A DNA stretch of 64,000 nt, from assembly GCF_036321535.1 (NCBI RefSeq), contig NC_087436.1, forward strand, positions 11,904,001 to 11,968,000. Reading direction: 5' to 3'. Each line of letters opens with the position of its first letter. The stretch's first letter is position 1. Positions 37,885 to 51,521 of the stretch are shown piece after piece. Origin of the DNA: Camelus dromedarius (Eukaryota). The position numbers and the translations under genes are program-made. The notes under the pieces are model-generated. The model was not told the origin of the DNA and made no database searches. It was given only the letters and a program-made list of their open reading frames with translations.

Positions 37885-40265
37885 TGTCATTAAGATGGCA
37901 GAATAGGTCATTTCCAACCTCAGTCCCCCTCACAAGGATGCCAGCTAGCAACTATCCATGGATAAGACACCACTGTGAAAATCCCAGAACCCAGGGGTAA
38001 GGCGGAAGCACCCTCTTGGATCACAGGGACAGACAAGGACATCATTAGAAGGGTAAGAGAGGCAATTTCACTTTCGCCATATTGTCCCTCCCCGAGGCTG
38101 GCACAGCACTGCACTGACAGGGCAGCCATGGGTCTGCAGTTTCTCCAGTGGCAAAAGAGCCTGAGATGGACATTTAGTTACCTCAGCATTAGGGGATGCT
38201 TCCAGCGAGGCCCACCTGAGATAGGGATTACTCATGGGAACCACTGGGGGAGTCTATGAGGCTTGACCACTGGGGATCAAAGAGAAATGGAGCAGGGGGC
38301 CAGGGCTTACATCAACCAGCAGTCAGGTCTTGGCAGACTGAGTTCCTGCTCACAGTGGTGTCTGAGCAGAGACCCCATCCAGCAGCTTAGGCCATCTACA
38401 AAGCCAAATTGGTGATCCTGTCTGGCCAGAGAGCTCACCTGGTGGCACTGCCTGATTTGGTCCCCAACCAATGGCCATACTGGCCATGGAGCCAATTCTA
38501 GACCCCCACTTGGGCAAAGGAGCAAATTTAAAGTCACACTCAACTGCTAAACAAATTGTCCAGTCCTGCCCCTTGGAAAGTGTGGCCACAGATGATACTG
38601 AGCACCCATGGAGCACATCGTACAGCCTCCTTGATCCTGAAGACCAGCCTACAGCCCTGCTCAACTCTGGAACATAGCCTATGCTCTGCCTGATACCAGA
38701 CCGCAACCTGAGGCCCCATCCATCTGAACATGACGTGCAGCCGAAAACACCATCTGGTTGGGGAACACAGCCTGAGAACCCACCCACCCAGGAGCAACTG
38801 CAGAGCTCAGCCACAGCTCTGCCCAATCAGGGGGTCCTAGCAGGGCCACCGCCCTGCCAGGGAACACAGCCTGCAAAACCTCATCAAAGAGATGACTGCA
38901 GAGAGAAATTGAAGAATACACAAATAAATGGAAAATGTTCATGGATTGGAAGATTTAATATTGTTAAAATGTCCATACTACCCAAAGCAATCTAGATTCA
39001 ATGTAATCCCTATCAAAATTCCAATGGCATTTTTACAGAAATGGAAAAAAAAATTCTGAAATTTGTATGGAACCAAAAAGACCCCAAATAGCCAAAAGAA
39101 TCTTGAGAAAGAAGAACAAATCTGGAGGCATCCCACTTCTTGATTTCAAACTATATAGTAATCAAACAGTATGGGTACTGCCAAAAAGAAAAAAAAAAAA
39201 AAAAGCCCAAGCCAAACCAAACAAACAAAAAACAGACACATAGGCCAATGAAATAGAATAGAGAGCCAAGAAATAAATCCATGCATATATAGTCAAAAAA
39301 TGTTTGACAAGTATTCTCAATACTTAATGGGGAAAGAATAGTTTCTTTAGTAAATGATGCTGGGGAAACTAAACATGCACGTGAAAAGAATCTAAGTGGA
39401 CCTCTATCTTACACCACACACAAAAATTAGCTCAAATGGTTAAAGATTTAAATTTAAAATCTGAAACTATGAAACTCCTAAAACAAAGTTCCTTGACATT
39501 GGTCTTGCCAATTATCTTTTGGCACTTAAAGCACAAACAACAAAAGCAAAAATAAAGTGGGAGTATAGCACACTAAAAATCTTCTGTGCAGCAAAAGAAA
39601 AAAGAAAATCAACAGCGCGAAAAAGCCATAGAATGGAAGAAATAATTTGCAAACCGTATATCTCATAAGGGATTAAAATCCAAAATACATAAGGAACTCA
39701 CACAACTTAAGAGCACAAAAATAAATAATCTAATTAAAAATGGGCAGAGGACCTGAATGGACATTTTTCCAAAGAAGACATACAAAGGGCCAATGTTACA
39801 TGAAAAGGTGCTCAACATCACTAATTATCAGGGAAATTCAAGTCAAAACCACAACGAGATATCACTTATATGTGGAATGCAAAAAACAAAAACTAAAACA
39901 AAAACAAAAAGACACCAGACTTATAGAAACAGAAAATAGATTAGTGGTTACCAGGGTGGAGGTTAGGGGAAATGGTTCAAGGTGGTCACAAGGTACAAAC
40001 TTCCCGTTATAAGATGAGTCACTTCTGGCAAGGTACTGCAGAGTGGTGACCAGTTAACAATACTGTATAGTATAACTTGAAAATCGCTAAGAGAGTGGAA
40101 CATAAAATTTCTCACCACACACACACGGTAACTGAGATGATGGATGTGTTAACTAACCATATTGTGTCATCATTTCATGATATGTATGTATATCAAGTCA
40201 ACATGTTGTGTACCTTAAACCTATGCAATATTATATGTCAATTACATTTCATTAAAGCTGGGAGA
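37885..40265 (+). mobile_element. L1MA-like LINE-1 with both ends present but two large internal deletions
   Basis: Starts gtcattaagatggc; GC-rich 5' UTR to ~38900 joined to ORF2 (gaaattgaagaatacacaaataaatgg); 3' UTR ends ttatatgtcaattacatttcattaaagctgg. Confidence 0.85.
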
Positions 40266-41679
40266 AAAAGAATAAGAAGAGTCTTAGGAAAAGTTAGCTG
40301 GATTTCAATATTAAGCAATGTGAGGCTTACTCAAAACTCTGTCTGTGGTGCTTAGAACAACAATCTCCCTTTCATTTTTTACCAATGGTTTACTCTTAGA
40401 TTTAAACCAGCACTATCTTATTTGGATTTGGCAAATGTAGAGCTCATTCTCCTTAGGAATGCTATCACAGGACTGCTGGTTTTGAGAACCATAGATAATT
40501 GAAATTTGGAAGATGTTACTTAGGATTTAATCAAATTCAGTCTTATTATAAACTTCTCATTATCCTGAAAAAACAGGTATAATAAATTTGAGTAGGAATA
40601 CCTGAATTGAACAATTACTGATCAGGTGGATGTCCTGTAGCATAAATTTGGAGGATAAGACTAAGGGAACCCAGATTCCAGTTGAGATAGGCAAGCATTT
40701 TACTGCTCAGCTGTGAAATCCCTTGGTGCTTTCCCCTACTGAATCCTAGAAATAGTCCTTTATCTAGAAAAATTAATTTAAAAATAAGCGAAAGTGTTGT
40801 TTGAAGATGTTCTGACTTGGAGCTGTTGTAGACTTATAAAGACACAGTAAGTTAGATATATACCTCCAGCTCAATGTCTATCTCAGCTGACAGAACTAAG
40901 AGGTTCTTCAGTTCTTTGAGGATGCCATTGGACTACTGTGAACTTAAAAGTGGCTCAAAGACAATTTACTTCCTGTTAAAAATGGGTTAAGTTCAACTAT
41001 TCCTAAATCAAAATTATAATTTTTAAGAGCTGTCTCCAGACACTTACTTGGCATATATCTAGTAGTTCTGTATACCATATTTCTAGTAGGTCTTCATCCT
41101 GAGACCAAAATGTTTGAGAATGCCTCCTCTAGGTAAATACATTTACTATATGCCCATACCTGCCAGTAAAGAGCTGGTACCTGCCCCACACTTCTATTTG
41201 ACATAACAAGAAGTTGCTTCTACTGAACTGTGATTCGACTTTGTAACCCTATGTTGGCCTATGCTAAGATTCATGACAAGAAACAGTCCTATGGAATTCA
41301 TCATTTTATGGATCCAAGGAAGTATTTGGAAAGAGGTTGACAATTTTTATTTGTAAAAGTGCACACACATTTTTTGAGGTCAACTAGAGAAATTTCTCTA
41401 ATTGTTCAATATCATAAAAAACTTTGATCTCATCCCAGCAACTGGTTTGTTTTTATAGACACCATGAATCTTGCCATTTCTCCTGTTTCTCTCTCTCTTG
41501 GCTTTATCTTTACACCAAATGTTCAGCCCTCTTCTAGCCACAGTTTTGTATTTTTTGTCATGCATTTTCACACATTGATCATCCAGCTTTTTCTGACTTT
41601 GGTACTTTCATTTTGTCCCAATTTCTACATTTATTTCCCTCACACGTATACACACAATTCTTTCAAGGCAATAGAAATG

Positions 41680-42907
41680 TCTATTGCTTGGTTGCCCTAG
41701 GAGAACATTGCTGAGATTTATGTAGGATAATGTTTTGCCTAAAGCAAAAATAAACAAATGGGACCTAATTAAATTTATAAGCTTTTGCACAGCAAAGGAA
41801 ACCATAAGCAAAACAAAAAGACAACTTACAGAATTGGAGAATATTTGCAAAAGATTAAACTGTGAAGGTCTTAATTTCCAGAACATACAAACAGCTCATA
41901 CAACTTAATAAGAAAAAAACAAAAACAAAAACCCAATCCAAAAATGCACAGAAGACCTAAACAAGCAATTCTCCAATAAAGACATACAAATGGCTAATAG
42001 GCACAAGAAAAAATGCTCAATATTGCTAATTGAGAAATGAAAATCAAAACTACAATGAGATATCACCTCACACCAGTCAGACTGGTCATTATTAAAAAGT
42101 TCATGAGCGATAAATGCTGGAGAGGTTGTGGAGAAAAGGGAACTCTCCTACACTGTTGGTGGGAACGTAGTTTGGTGAAGCCATTATGGAAAACAGTATG
42201 GAGATTCCTCAAAAAATTAAAAACAGACTTACCATATGATCCAGCAATCCCACTCATGGGCATATATCCAGAGGAAAATCTTAATTCAAAAGACACATGC
42301 ACCCCAATGTTCATAACAGCACTATTTACAAAAGCCAAGACATGCAAACCACCTAAATGTCCATCAATAGATGACTGGATAAAAATATGATATATTTATT
42401 CAATGGAATACTACTCAGCCATAAAAAAGAATAAAATACTGCCATTTGCAGCAACATGGATGACCCTGGAAAATGTCATTGTAAGTGAAGTTAGCCAGAA
42501 AGAGAAATAAAAATACCATATGATATTACTTATAAGTGGAATCTAAAAAAAAAAAAAAAAGACAACTTATTTACAAAACAGAAACAGACTCACAGACATA
42601 GAAAACAAACTTATAGTTACCAGTGGGGGAAGAGGGTGGGAAAGGATAAATTGGGAGTTTGAGATTTTCAGATACTACTATATATATATATATAATAGAA
42701 ACAACAAGTTTATACTGTATAGCACAGGGAACTATATTCAAAATCTTGTAGTAACTTATGGTTAAAAACAATGTGAAAACAAATATATATATGTTCCTAT
42801 ATGACTGAAGTATTGTGCTGTACACCAGAAATTGATACATGGTAAACTGATTACTTCAATAAAAATATATATGAAAAATAAAAATTGAAAAATGAGAGAA
42901 AAAAAAA
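41680..42907 (+). mobile_element. Young L1 3' portion with a 61-bp 5' inversion
   Basis: ORF 42037-42390 is the L1 ORF2 C-terminus ([11 protein letters not shown]...[10 protein letters not shown]...PYDPAIPL); 41680-41740 is reverse-complement ORF2; TSD agaaatgtcta (41673-41683) / agaaacgtcta (42908-42918). Confidence 0.95.
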
Positions 42908-42924
42908 AGAAACGTCTAAATAGA

Positions 42925-43102
42925 CTTTTGATTTGATTCTCATAATCCTGTGAGAGAATTGCAGTTGATAGTGTCCCGAATTTGCTGAAAGAAACTAAGT
43001 ACTGATTGGTTTAACCAAGGTCACCTGGCTGGTAAAAGTAGCTAAGGTGAGAACAGATTCTAGATCTTCCAATTTCAATTCCACATTCTTAAAACTACCA
43101 AT
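42925..43102 (-). mobile_element. MIR
   Basis: atttgattctcataatcctgtgag...gaaactaag...ccaaggtcac...ctggtaaaag. Confidence 0.7.
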
Positions 43103-45159
43103 TACTTTTTTCTGAAGCCACTTTTGAAGGAACCATCCAGTGAGGTCTCTAAACTCTTTATGATGACTAAGGAGCATCTCTGTAGTAAAATGGACACTAC
43201 TAACTCAACTGAGTTAATCCAGCTCCCTGAATTGCTGAAATTTGAGGAATGAGAAGTTCCAACATTTTGTGGTTCAGATTATATTTACATCTATTCAGCA
43301 TTAGAAAAATCATAAATTTTACATTTATTTTAAAGTTAAATAAAAGAGGGCATAAAATTCTTAAAAAAAAAAAAAATCCTTAGGAGACTTTAAAATTCTC
43401 CAGTAGCATAGTTATTGTTACTAAGAGTAAATTGCTTTCATGGTATCAATATGTCCTGTATCAGTTTACTGTTTGCTGTTTGGCAGATTGAAATACAGGG
43501 TCTAAGACGTATTTTTATGACTAAAAAAAGTAAAGTGGGCACCTTGTAGATTTGTTTTATTTAAAATACGTATTTAGTTAAGATCATTTCTCTTCCAGTT
43601 ACTTTTTTCTTTGACATGAGCTAGTATACCTAAGATTTTTTTTCTTAATCTATAGCTTATTAAGCACATAAATAGTTTGTTGTAAACAATATTAAAACTC
43701 TTCCCTATTGGTAGCCACAAATAGAAAAAAGAGAAGGGCGAAGCAGTCTGAAATTGAATTAATAAAGAGAAGGAAAGTGAGCTCACTATAGAAAACTATG
43801 TGGTAGCTTTTTTGCTACCACTTGGTAGGTGGTCTGATAGCTTTCCTAAAATAGTAATACATCACAGCTTTCCCTAGAACTACCACCCAGGCAACGTTCA
43901 CTGAAAGTTTAATTTATTTTCTTTGATGGGATTTGAACCGTCTCAAACCTTCCACAAGGAATTTATAATTCTTATCACAGAGAGCCCAAATGATTCAGTT
44001 TGGATCTTTTATATCATGTGTGGGTGGTAAGTCGGATACAAACCAGATGCCTTCCTTTTGAGTTTGGATACCCATTGATAAATTTGTGTCTGAGGAACCA
44101 GTAAAATTCACCCAAGTCTGACTATACTGGGTTAAATCGTAGATATGTTTCCATGAAGTGCGGAGACCAGTCACTAGAGGGTCAGTCAGGTCTTCCCAGC
44201 ACAGAACGTTTTCTGTATTTGCATTGCTTTGGCTTTGTCACTTTGGATATTGGCATGGGAACCTGTTCTTTGTGGTTTAAGAGTTTTTAGTTGCTTATTT
44301 CTCAACTTAAGTAATAATCCTCTTTAGCTGACAGCTCTTTAGTTACTGTAGAAAAGATTGTGTTGTCATAAACACAGCTTTAGAATTTCAAGTTGGGTGG
44401 GGGAGGATCAGAGAGTTTTTTTTAAAAAGCTCATGTTTCCACCCAAACACACCCACCTAAGTACTTACAAAAGGCACAGGAAAACAGAAGCAGAGTCTCT
44501 TCCCGGCTCTGCTTTTCAAAGTTCCTTATGTGGAATCAGATGCTTTTAATACATGTTTCAAAAGAGTATTCCATTTAACCTCTAAAAAGAAACAAACCAC
44601 ACAGTTCTGCTCCTCATTTTTTTCCCCTCAATTTAATCATTTGTTCCAATTTTCCTACCTTTGAAATCAGATGATTCAGCTCTCCTTTCTGCCTTAAAAA
44701 TTTGGCTTGATTCAAATTTCAGAAGCTAATACTTGATTCCTCAATTTTCCTTATTTTTCTATCTTGATAGTTTTCATATGTTTTCTATCATTTAATTTCT
44801 CTTCTGATTTGGATCTCTTCTCCTTAAGTTTCTATTAGGTTTACTCTCTCTTTTGTCTGTTTTCTTTTTTTGTGTAAATCTCGTTCTCCATTCCTCCTCC
44901 AAGGAAATGAATCTTCTCTCCCATGAGTTCACGCTGTTTTAAACTTCCACCACCTGTGTTCCATTTTATACTCCTGAGTCTGCAATGAGATCTTATTTAA
45001 AGCACGGTTCAGATCTCATCTTTTAAGCATTCCTCCACCTAAGCAGGTTTCTAACTGCCTCTACTCTGGTGATATCTCGGTTCTGCCCATTCTAATCTAC
45101 CTGTTTGAGTCACTTCTTTCATCCTCTGTCTGATTTTTATGGTTTCCCAATATACTGCA

Positions 45160-45360
45160 GCCGGCAGAGAATGGGCTTTGGGTCCACACCACTATGGATT
45201 TGAAGCTCAGCCCTGTCACGCTGTATGGCCTTAAGCAAATTACTTTGCGTCTGAATTTCTTCCCTGCAAAATGGTGGTCATAATAACTACATCACAAAAT
45301 TTTGAGGATGATTAAATACAAGCAAACAGGACAGAGTCATACTGAGTGTTTGATATTAGC
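45160..45360 (+). mobile_element. MIR
   Basis: tgggctttgg...ggatttgaagctcagccctgtcac...gcaaattactt...tgaggatgattaaat. Confidence 0.7.
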
Positions 45361-45499
45361 ATTTTTTTCAGCCTTCAGAAAAATTTGCTGATGCAGAGAT
45401 TACTAGGAAATCAGAGTGTGTGTAATAAGCTGCCAGTTTCCAAGAGAACATACGTTGGTAGCATGCTATTTCTTTTTTTTCCCCATCATGCACACCCAT

Positions 45500-45945
45500 T
45501 ATTTTTTAAAATTAAAATTATGAAATATTTCAACATAAAAGTATAACAATTAATAAAAACATGTGCATATGATTATCCATACTTAGTTTGAACAAAAGTT
45601 AGTATTTGCCATAGTTAAATCAGATCTTGATTATAAAGAAATAAAATATCTTAGATTTGGTTTAAACCCTCTGTGTCCCTTCCGTGATGTCATTTGTGTC
45701 TCACTCTTTCCAGAGATACAGCCATGGTAAATTTGCTCTTGGTCATTCTTATTTATATCTTTATACTTTCATTATATATGTATATATCCATATGAAATAT
45801 AATGTTCTGCATATTTTAAATAACATGTACATAAAATACTATATATATTCTGCCACTTGCCATTTTGTTCAACAGTTTTTGTTGAGTGTACCACATGGGC
45901 TGTGTTGTGTTGCTCTGTTCTGTTCATTTCTGTTGCATCTCTAGT
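45500..45945 (-). mobile_element. L1ME-type 3' fragment
   Basis: ttatgaaatatttcaacata; tatattctgccacttgccattttgttcaac. Confidence 0.55.
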
Positions 45946-46929
45946 CACACTTTGGCTCAGCAATACTGCAGTGGTGATTCTCAGTGGAGTAGGTGATTCT
46001 AGTCCTACCTGAAGATAAAACCTGATTCAACTCTGGGGATGGGCTCAGCCCAGTTGCTTGATCTAGAGACACCTTGGGACCTTAGGCAAATTTGGGTCTC
46101 TTCTCCAGGGAGGCACGTTGCTTAGACAAGGAAGAACCTAGGAAGTCACACAGCATCCTGACACCGAGGCCTAGGACCTCTCTAGTGAGGGGTGGTTTGG
46201 TCATAACTCTGGATGATATTTATTCTCCTTTAGAAACTTTCTCCTTAAGGGTTTTGCTAAGTGAGTAAAAATATATGCAAAATAGTCTAGCTGTTTAGAA
46301 AATGGTTTATAAATGGCTCTTGTGGATTTTAATCAAAGAATTTTAAGATGAATCTGGCATGGCTCACTACCTAAGACAAATGTATAAATGTGATTCTCTA
46401 CACTAATTTTTCCCTCACTTTATTTGCATTAAATTAAGGGTAAATAACGTTACTATTGTATATTGCTTAACAGGTTACACAATCCTTTACATGTCTTTAT
46501 TGGGCAAATAGTAGCTAATTGAAATTAACCGTTTTTTGAAATCAAATTGGGCCCACACAGTAACTCTAGGTGATAAGAGTTATTATCTCCCATTTTATAC
46601 AGTATTGTATTAAAAATTAGTTACATATGCAAAACAATCTCCAGGTTAGTCTTTTAATTAGATCTTAGCAACGTTAGGACAGCAGTTGAACAATTGGGAA
46701 AAGTGGTGAAAACATTTTCAGTAGAAGGGTCTGTCCTATTTCGAAGTTAGAACTGGATTTAGAGAAAGCCTGGGGCATAATTGATTGTTACGCTTTAAAA
46801 AGCATAACATTTTGCCTCAAGGGTTTTCCCTGTACAAATTTGGACCAAACATATGTAACTTTCTTATGGAATTAATTGGGAATGCTTTGAAGATTTTCAC
46901 CTCTTAAGTATAAAATGTCATTTAATAGG

Positions 46930-47250
46930 GATTTTCAAAAGTTAAGTATAATTGACATATATTAGTTTCAGGTGTACAACACAATGATTTGGTATTTATA
47001 TATATTGTAAAATGATCACAATATGTCTAGTTAACATCTCTCATACATAATTACATTTTTTTTCTTGTGATGAAAACTTTTAAGATCTACTCTCTTAGCA
47101 ACTTTCAAATATACAATGTTATTAATTATATATATATTTATAAAACAGTGTTATTAATTATAATCCCCATGCTATATACCCTTGTGAGTTACTTATATTA
47201 TAGCTGAGATATTTATATTTATATTATAGCTGAGATTTTATACTTTTTAA
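46930..47250 (-). mobile_element. L1MA-type 3' end
   Basis: aagtataattgacatatattagtttcaggtgtacaac...tttaagatctactctcttagcaactttcaaatatac. Confidence 0.85.
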
Positions 47251-47980
47251 CTTTTAAAATGTTATTTAATAAGAATTGGGTTTCGATCAGTACTCTGGAT
47301 AGGCATGGGGTACTACCCTAGTTCTTTTTCTTTTTTTTTCAATCAGCCCTGTTACTGATTTAGAAATTAAGTTTAAAAATCTCATTTTTGGAGACTCTTT
47401 GGGAAATGTCAAGTGAGCTTAAACATGTAGTGTTTTGTTATTCATTTTTAAGAATTGTTTAACTCTGAAGAATCTTCCAGGATTCTACATTTTTTTCTGT
47501 TACAAGTAGTGATGAAAGAAAAACCTTTGTAATCAAAATTATGGCAACAATTACAGTGACACAATTAGAATGGTTGCCATTTGCTTACTAATTTAATTCA
47601 ATTATTGACCTTGTAAATGTATGGGTAATAGTTGCTGAGTATGGCTATAGAAAGGCTATCATTTTTGTTTCTGGTGATAAACAATTTATGCAGCCATAAA
47701 AATAGTATTTTTAGAACTCTGGAAAGGAATGGCATTTTATGTAAGCACTATCTGTGGCAAATTATTTCATCATGTAGAATTGTGCTTTATAAGTAAAATG
47801 GCCTAGATCTCTGTTTATTTAGAGAGAGAGAAGGAAGAAAGGAAGGAAAGAAAGGAGGAAGATATTACCTCCTTGAGTTTCAAATTGGATAACAATAATA
47901 ATAATACAACAACTGAAAAACACATGCTTAATGTTGACCATATGCCACATACTGTGCTGTGTCTCAGTGCTCTACATATA

Positions 47981-48250
47981 CAGGACTGCAATTTCTGATT
48001 CTAAAGTTCAAAGTTTGTGTTTTGCTCAGTTAGCAGCAAGACCAGATATGATCTGAACGCACTTGGTGGCCAGAACTGTCCTGAATGGATAGTGTTTAAT
48101 TTATAATCTTTACTTATCCCACTTAAGGCAAATAAAATATTGTGTTTGAATGCAGCATTATATAACACATGCCATAGGTACCATATTATCTCCCTAAAAG
48201 AAGAATCATAGCTCTGAATTTTGAGACACATCTGAGGACTAGCAGTCCTG
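47981..48250. mobile_element. Tigger-type non-autonomous DNA transposon (MER46C-like) inserted in a MIR
   Basis: Terminal inverted repeats caggactgc...gcagtcctg flanked by TA on both sides; ccatatta...tctgaattttgagacacatctg; MIR halves at ~47890-47980 and ~48255-48380. Confidence 0.75.
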
Positions 48251-49381
48251 TACTAACACAGTTAGTCTTTGTGATAACCTTATAAATTTGGCATCATTAT
48301 TGTCTTCATTTCACACAGAAAGGCTTTGAAACAGAGAAATCAGTAGAGAAATATTTACCAATAATGGCTGTTTTAAAGCCTGCAATTCTCTGGTTAGAAA
48401 ATTCTTTGGAAAAAAAAAACATTTTAAAAGTGTCATCACTCTTCATGACACCTTTTAGATTCACCAGAAGAAAAGGGAGATTACCATGAATACTTACATG
48501 TTAAACCTTTTGGGATTTATTACGATACTACTCCTACTGTTTCCAGGAAGTTACAAATGGATTAGAATGAAAATGTAGAAATCTGTTTCTTTTGGGTGGT
48601 TCCTGCTGCCAGGGTATAATGGTTCCCTGCCATGTGGAGCTCCGTAACGTAGTCCCAGGGAAATAGCTAGGGAGGAGATAGCTCACACTGGGATCATTTC
48701 ACTGACATCTGGCTTTATTTTTGCTACACATCCAGTAACTATTACGAGCTTTTAAATGTAGGTATTTATTGAGATTCAAGTTTAGACTGCAGTGTAGTCA
48801 TGTTTTTACATCAATTTCAAACATCTTTCCGTGTGTAATGAATACCATATTTAAGTTTTACCAAGTTTCAGATTTTCAACGTAACTCAGTAATTAATTCC
48901 CCATAAACTCTTATGATTTGCTGTGATTTATTGATCTCTGTGCCCTGATATATTTCATAGATGATGGCAGTGCACTCCTAACTGTATTGAAGAGGAACTG
49001 TCAATACAAACCTAGGCTGTTCTATGGTCCTTGTCAAAGTTGCTGCCTTGGGCACTTTACTAATTGTGAATGCAGCAGGATCCTGTCATAGCCTCGAGAG
49101 GGCATGCATGCAAAGGTTAATGCAGAACATCTTACCAATTACTGGAGCAGAGGGTCGTCTCAAATCACACCGCTGCATGGGAGGAAGCCAGCTGCCCAGC
49201 TGAAGGGTGATACTGTTTATAATGCACATGATTGCTGTTGTGATAAGCTTCCCAGAAATGTGTGGAGGAAGGATAATGTATTCTAATTCAGATTGCTTTG
49301 GAAAGTTGCAATTTTCCCTTGGCTATCATTGGTATTTAGCATGTTTTGATTTGTAAAAAGTTTAGTAAACAGAAACCTCAA

Positions 49382-49669
49382 TGAAAGAGAGTTGGGAGAA
49401 CAGAATTGGGAGCTCTCATATCCTGTGATGATAGCTGAGTCCAAGAGGAAGAAGACAGACTCCTTTCCTGGAAAGGACGCAGCCAATGAGACGCCATGGA
49501 CTCTGCTCACTCATGCCCTCCCGACTTTTCCTCTTTACAAAAGTGTTCTCTCCTCTTACCGTGTGGGAACTTGCACGGGGCTTACCATGGTGACAGACCC
49601 CAAACTGCAATTCTCTGCTGATCCCAAGTAAATCCATCTTTGCTGGAGGGTGGTTGTTTCAGGTCAACA
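49382..49669 (+). mobile_element. ERV1 (MER34-like) LTR, partial
   Basis: gcagccaatgag CCAAT box; cagaccccaaactgcaattctctgctgatcccaagtaaa; terminus ttcaggtcaaca; no TSD match. Confidence 0.65.
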
Positions 49670-49905
49670 GACTGAATCACTTTAGATCCATCTGAAAGCT
49701 GCCAATGATTTGAGAAAATCTTTTGACCTACTACAACTGTTTGGCTCACACTTTGAACGACGATTCCTACTTCCTCCCTGTCTACCTACACTCATTTTTG
49801 CCATCTTCACATTGTCACAATAGGTTCACATTCACATACCTGTAAGGAATATGAATCTCTGTCTTTCCTTTCTCTTTCCTATCTCTCCCTCAGTTCTCTC
49901 TCCTG

Positions 49906-49957
49906 TGCATGTGTGTGTGCAGCTACTATGCACGCGCGCGCACACACACACACACAG
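49906..49957. repeat. (TG)n / (CG)n(CA)n compound microsatellite
   Basis: tgtgtgtgtgc...gcacgcgcgcgcacacacacacacaca. Confidence 0.9.
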
Positions 49958-50653
49958 ATTTTTCCTTTACTAGCATACAGGATTCTTTTCTTATTAAATA
50001 ATGTTATTGGATGCTTATCCTTATATTTTGCAGAGAAAAAAATTTTATCCTTTGAAAATAATCTATTTAAGTTTTTTTTTTTTTTTTTTTAGCAAGAGTC
50101 TAATTTGATGAAGAATCAGAGGCTAAAGGAAGCCGTTATCTCTCTGTCAGTCAGGGTTGTTAAAATCTCACAACATGTTTTAAACATATGAAGAAATCAC
50201 GTGTGAATGGCAAGCTACTTGTGTGGTGAGGGATTATTAATTAAAATTTTTCTCGATCAATTAAATTTAGTCCTTGAGATTCTTCAGTCAAGGAATATAT
50301 TCAGAATGGAGAAAATATTTTGCACCTGCTTCTTCAGCTTTGCCTCTGGGGAAAAATGAGAAATATTAAGTGTGACCTTAAAAGGGCCAATGCAGCTTTT
50401 TCCCAGATAAATTGTGTCTAGTCATTTGGGACTCTCCCACTGAAGAAGAAAGATGGTTAAACGGATAGTGTCTAAGAGAACAGTGGGTTCTGTTTGATGC
50501 CTCAAATTAAAGTCAATTTCAAGTTGATCTCTTTATTAAACCTGAGGAAATGGTCAGTTTAAGATTGAGCAGAGACTGAGACAATTGAAATGCTAGGTTC
50601 TAGTGTTGTGTGGCGGATTAGATACAAAAATAGTTCCTAGATTTGCTTTAAAT

Positions 50654-50975
50654 CTGTGGTTTCTGAACTATGTGCTGAGGCAGCCCAGGTCTCTGCATCA
50701 AACTGAGAGCAATGCCAGGACATGCATACATTTTCAGGGGGAACACAGCAATACTCTGCCCCACTGGATCACCACGTGATGCTCGTGGTAGTTCACAGTT
50801 TCAGCGTTGGATCACGCTACCTTTCTTGTGCAGATCTTTATGAAGCTGGCTTTTTATTGATTCCTAACTTGTTATAAATGGAACTATCTGGCATTTCTTT
50901 CCATCCTGGGGTGCCATGGACAATTTACTGAAACACTAAGAACTGCCATGAACAGAGACAGTTTGGGAATCTTTG
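50654..50975. mobile_element. hAT-Charlie non-autonomous element
   Basis: ctgtggtttctgaactatgtgc...ggggtgccatg...cagtttgggaatc terminal motifs. Confidence 0.55.
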
Positions 50976-51521
50976 CTCTCATTCTCTCTCTGTACGTATA
51001 TAATATGTGTATGTATGAAATTACATATGTATGTAAAATGCACATATGTTAATGGCAGTTTATATTTATGTATTTATTCTAATACATAGGTTTATCGAAC
51101 ATTACTGATAATTTGGGGCATTAGACTACATTCTCCTTGAATCCATACTTCGTGTTTAAAGAAAGTGATTCTGTTTAGACCATAAGACTAAGTGTTACCA
51201 TTCACTTGGTGCACTTAACCAAAGTACACATCTAGTGTTTTGGATAGAAGTTACAGAGCCTTCCCTGCTATCGTGGCTCTGAAGTGAGACCATATCAGCA
51301 TTCCTTTGATTTTCTCATTCAGTTCTTGAGATTAAAAGAAGCTTCCACTGGTTCAGTTGAGAAGAATTCTCTCCATTTTCAGGGGGTCATATTTAGAGAC
51401 TGCTCTACTTCAAGATGTCATGTTTTGACTCCTCTTACAAGATAAACAAGCATTAGGTTAGTGAATGGGATACTAGAATCAAAGATGAACAGACTCTGAA
51501 AGTGATAAATTTGTGTCATAA

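Noticed and set aside
38350..38995. Cluster of long overlapping ORFs (up to 158 aa)
   Set aside because: By-product of the GC-rich L1 5' UTR and its deletion junction with ORF2.
42037..42390. L1 ORF2 fragments (also 56073-56923 and 63091-63342) as CDS
   Set aside because: Truncated, frameshifted LINE-1 remnants; annotated as mobile elements.
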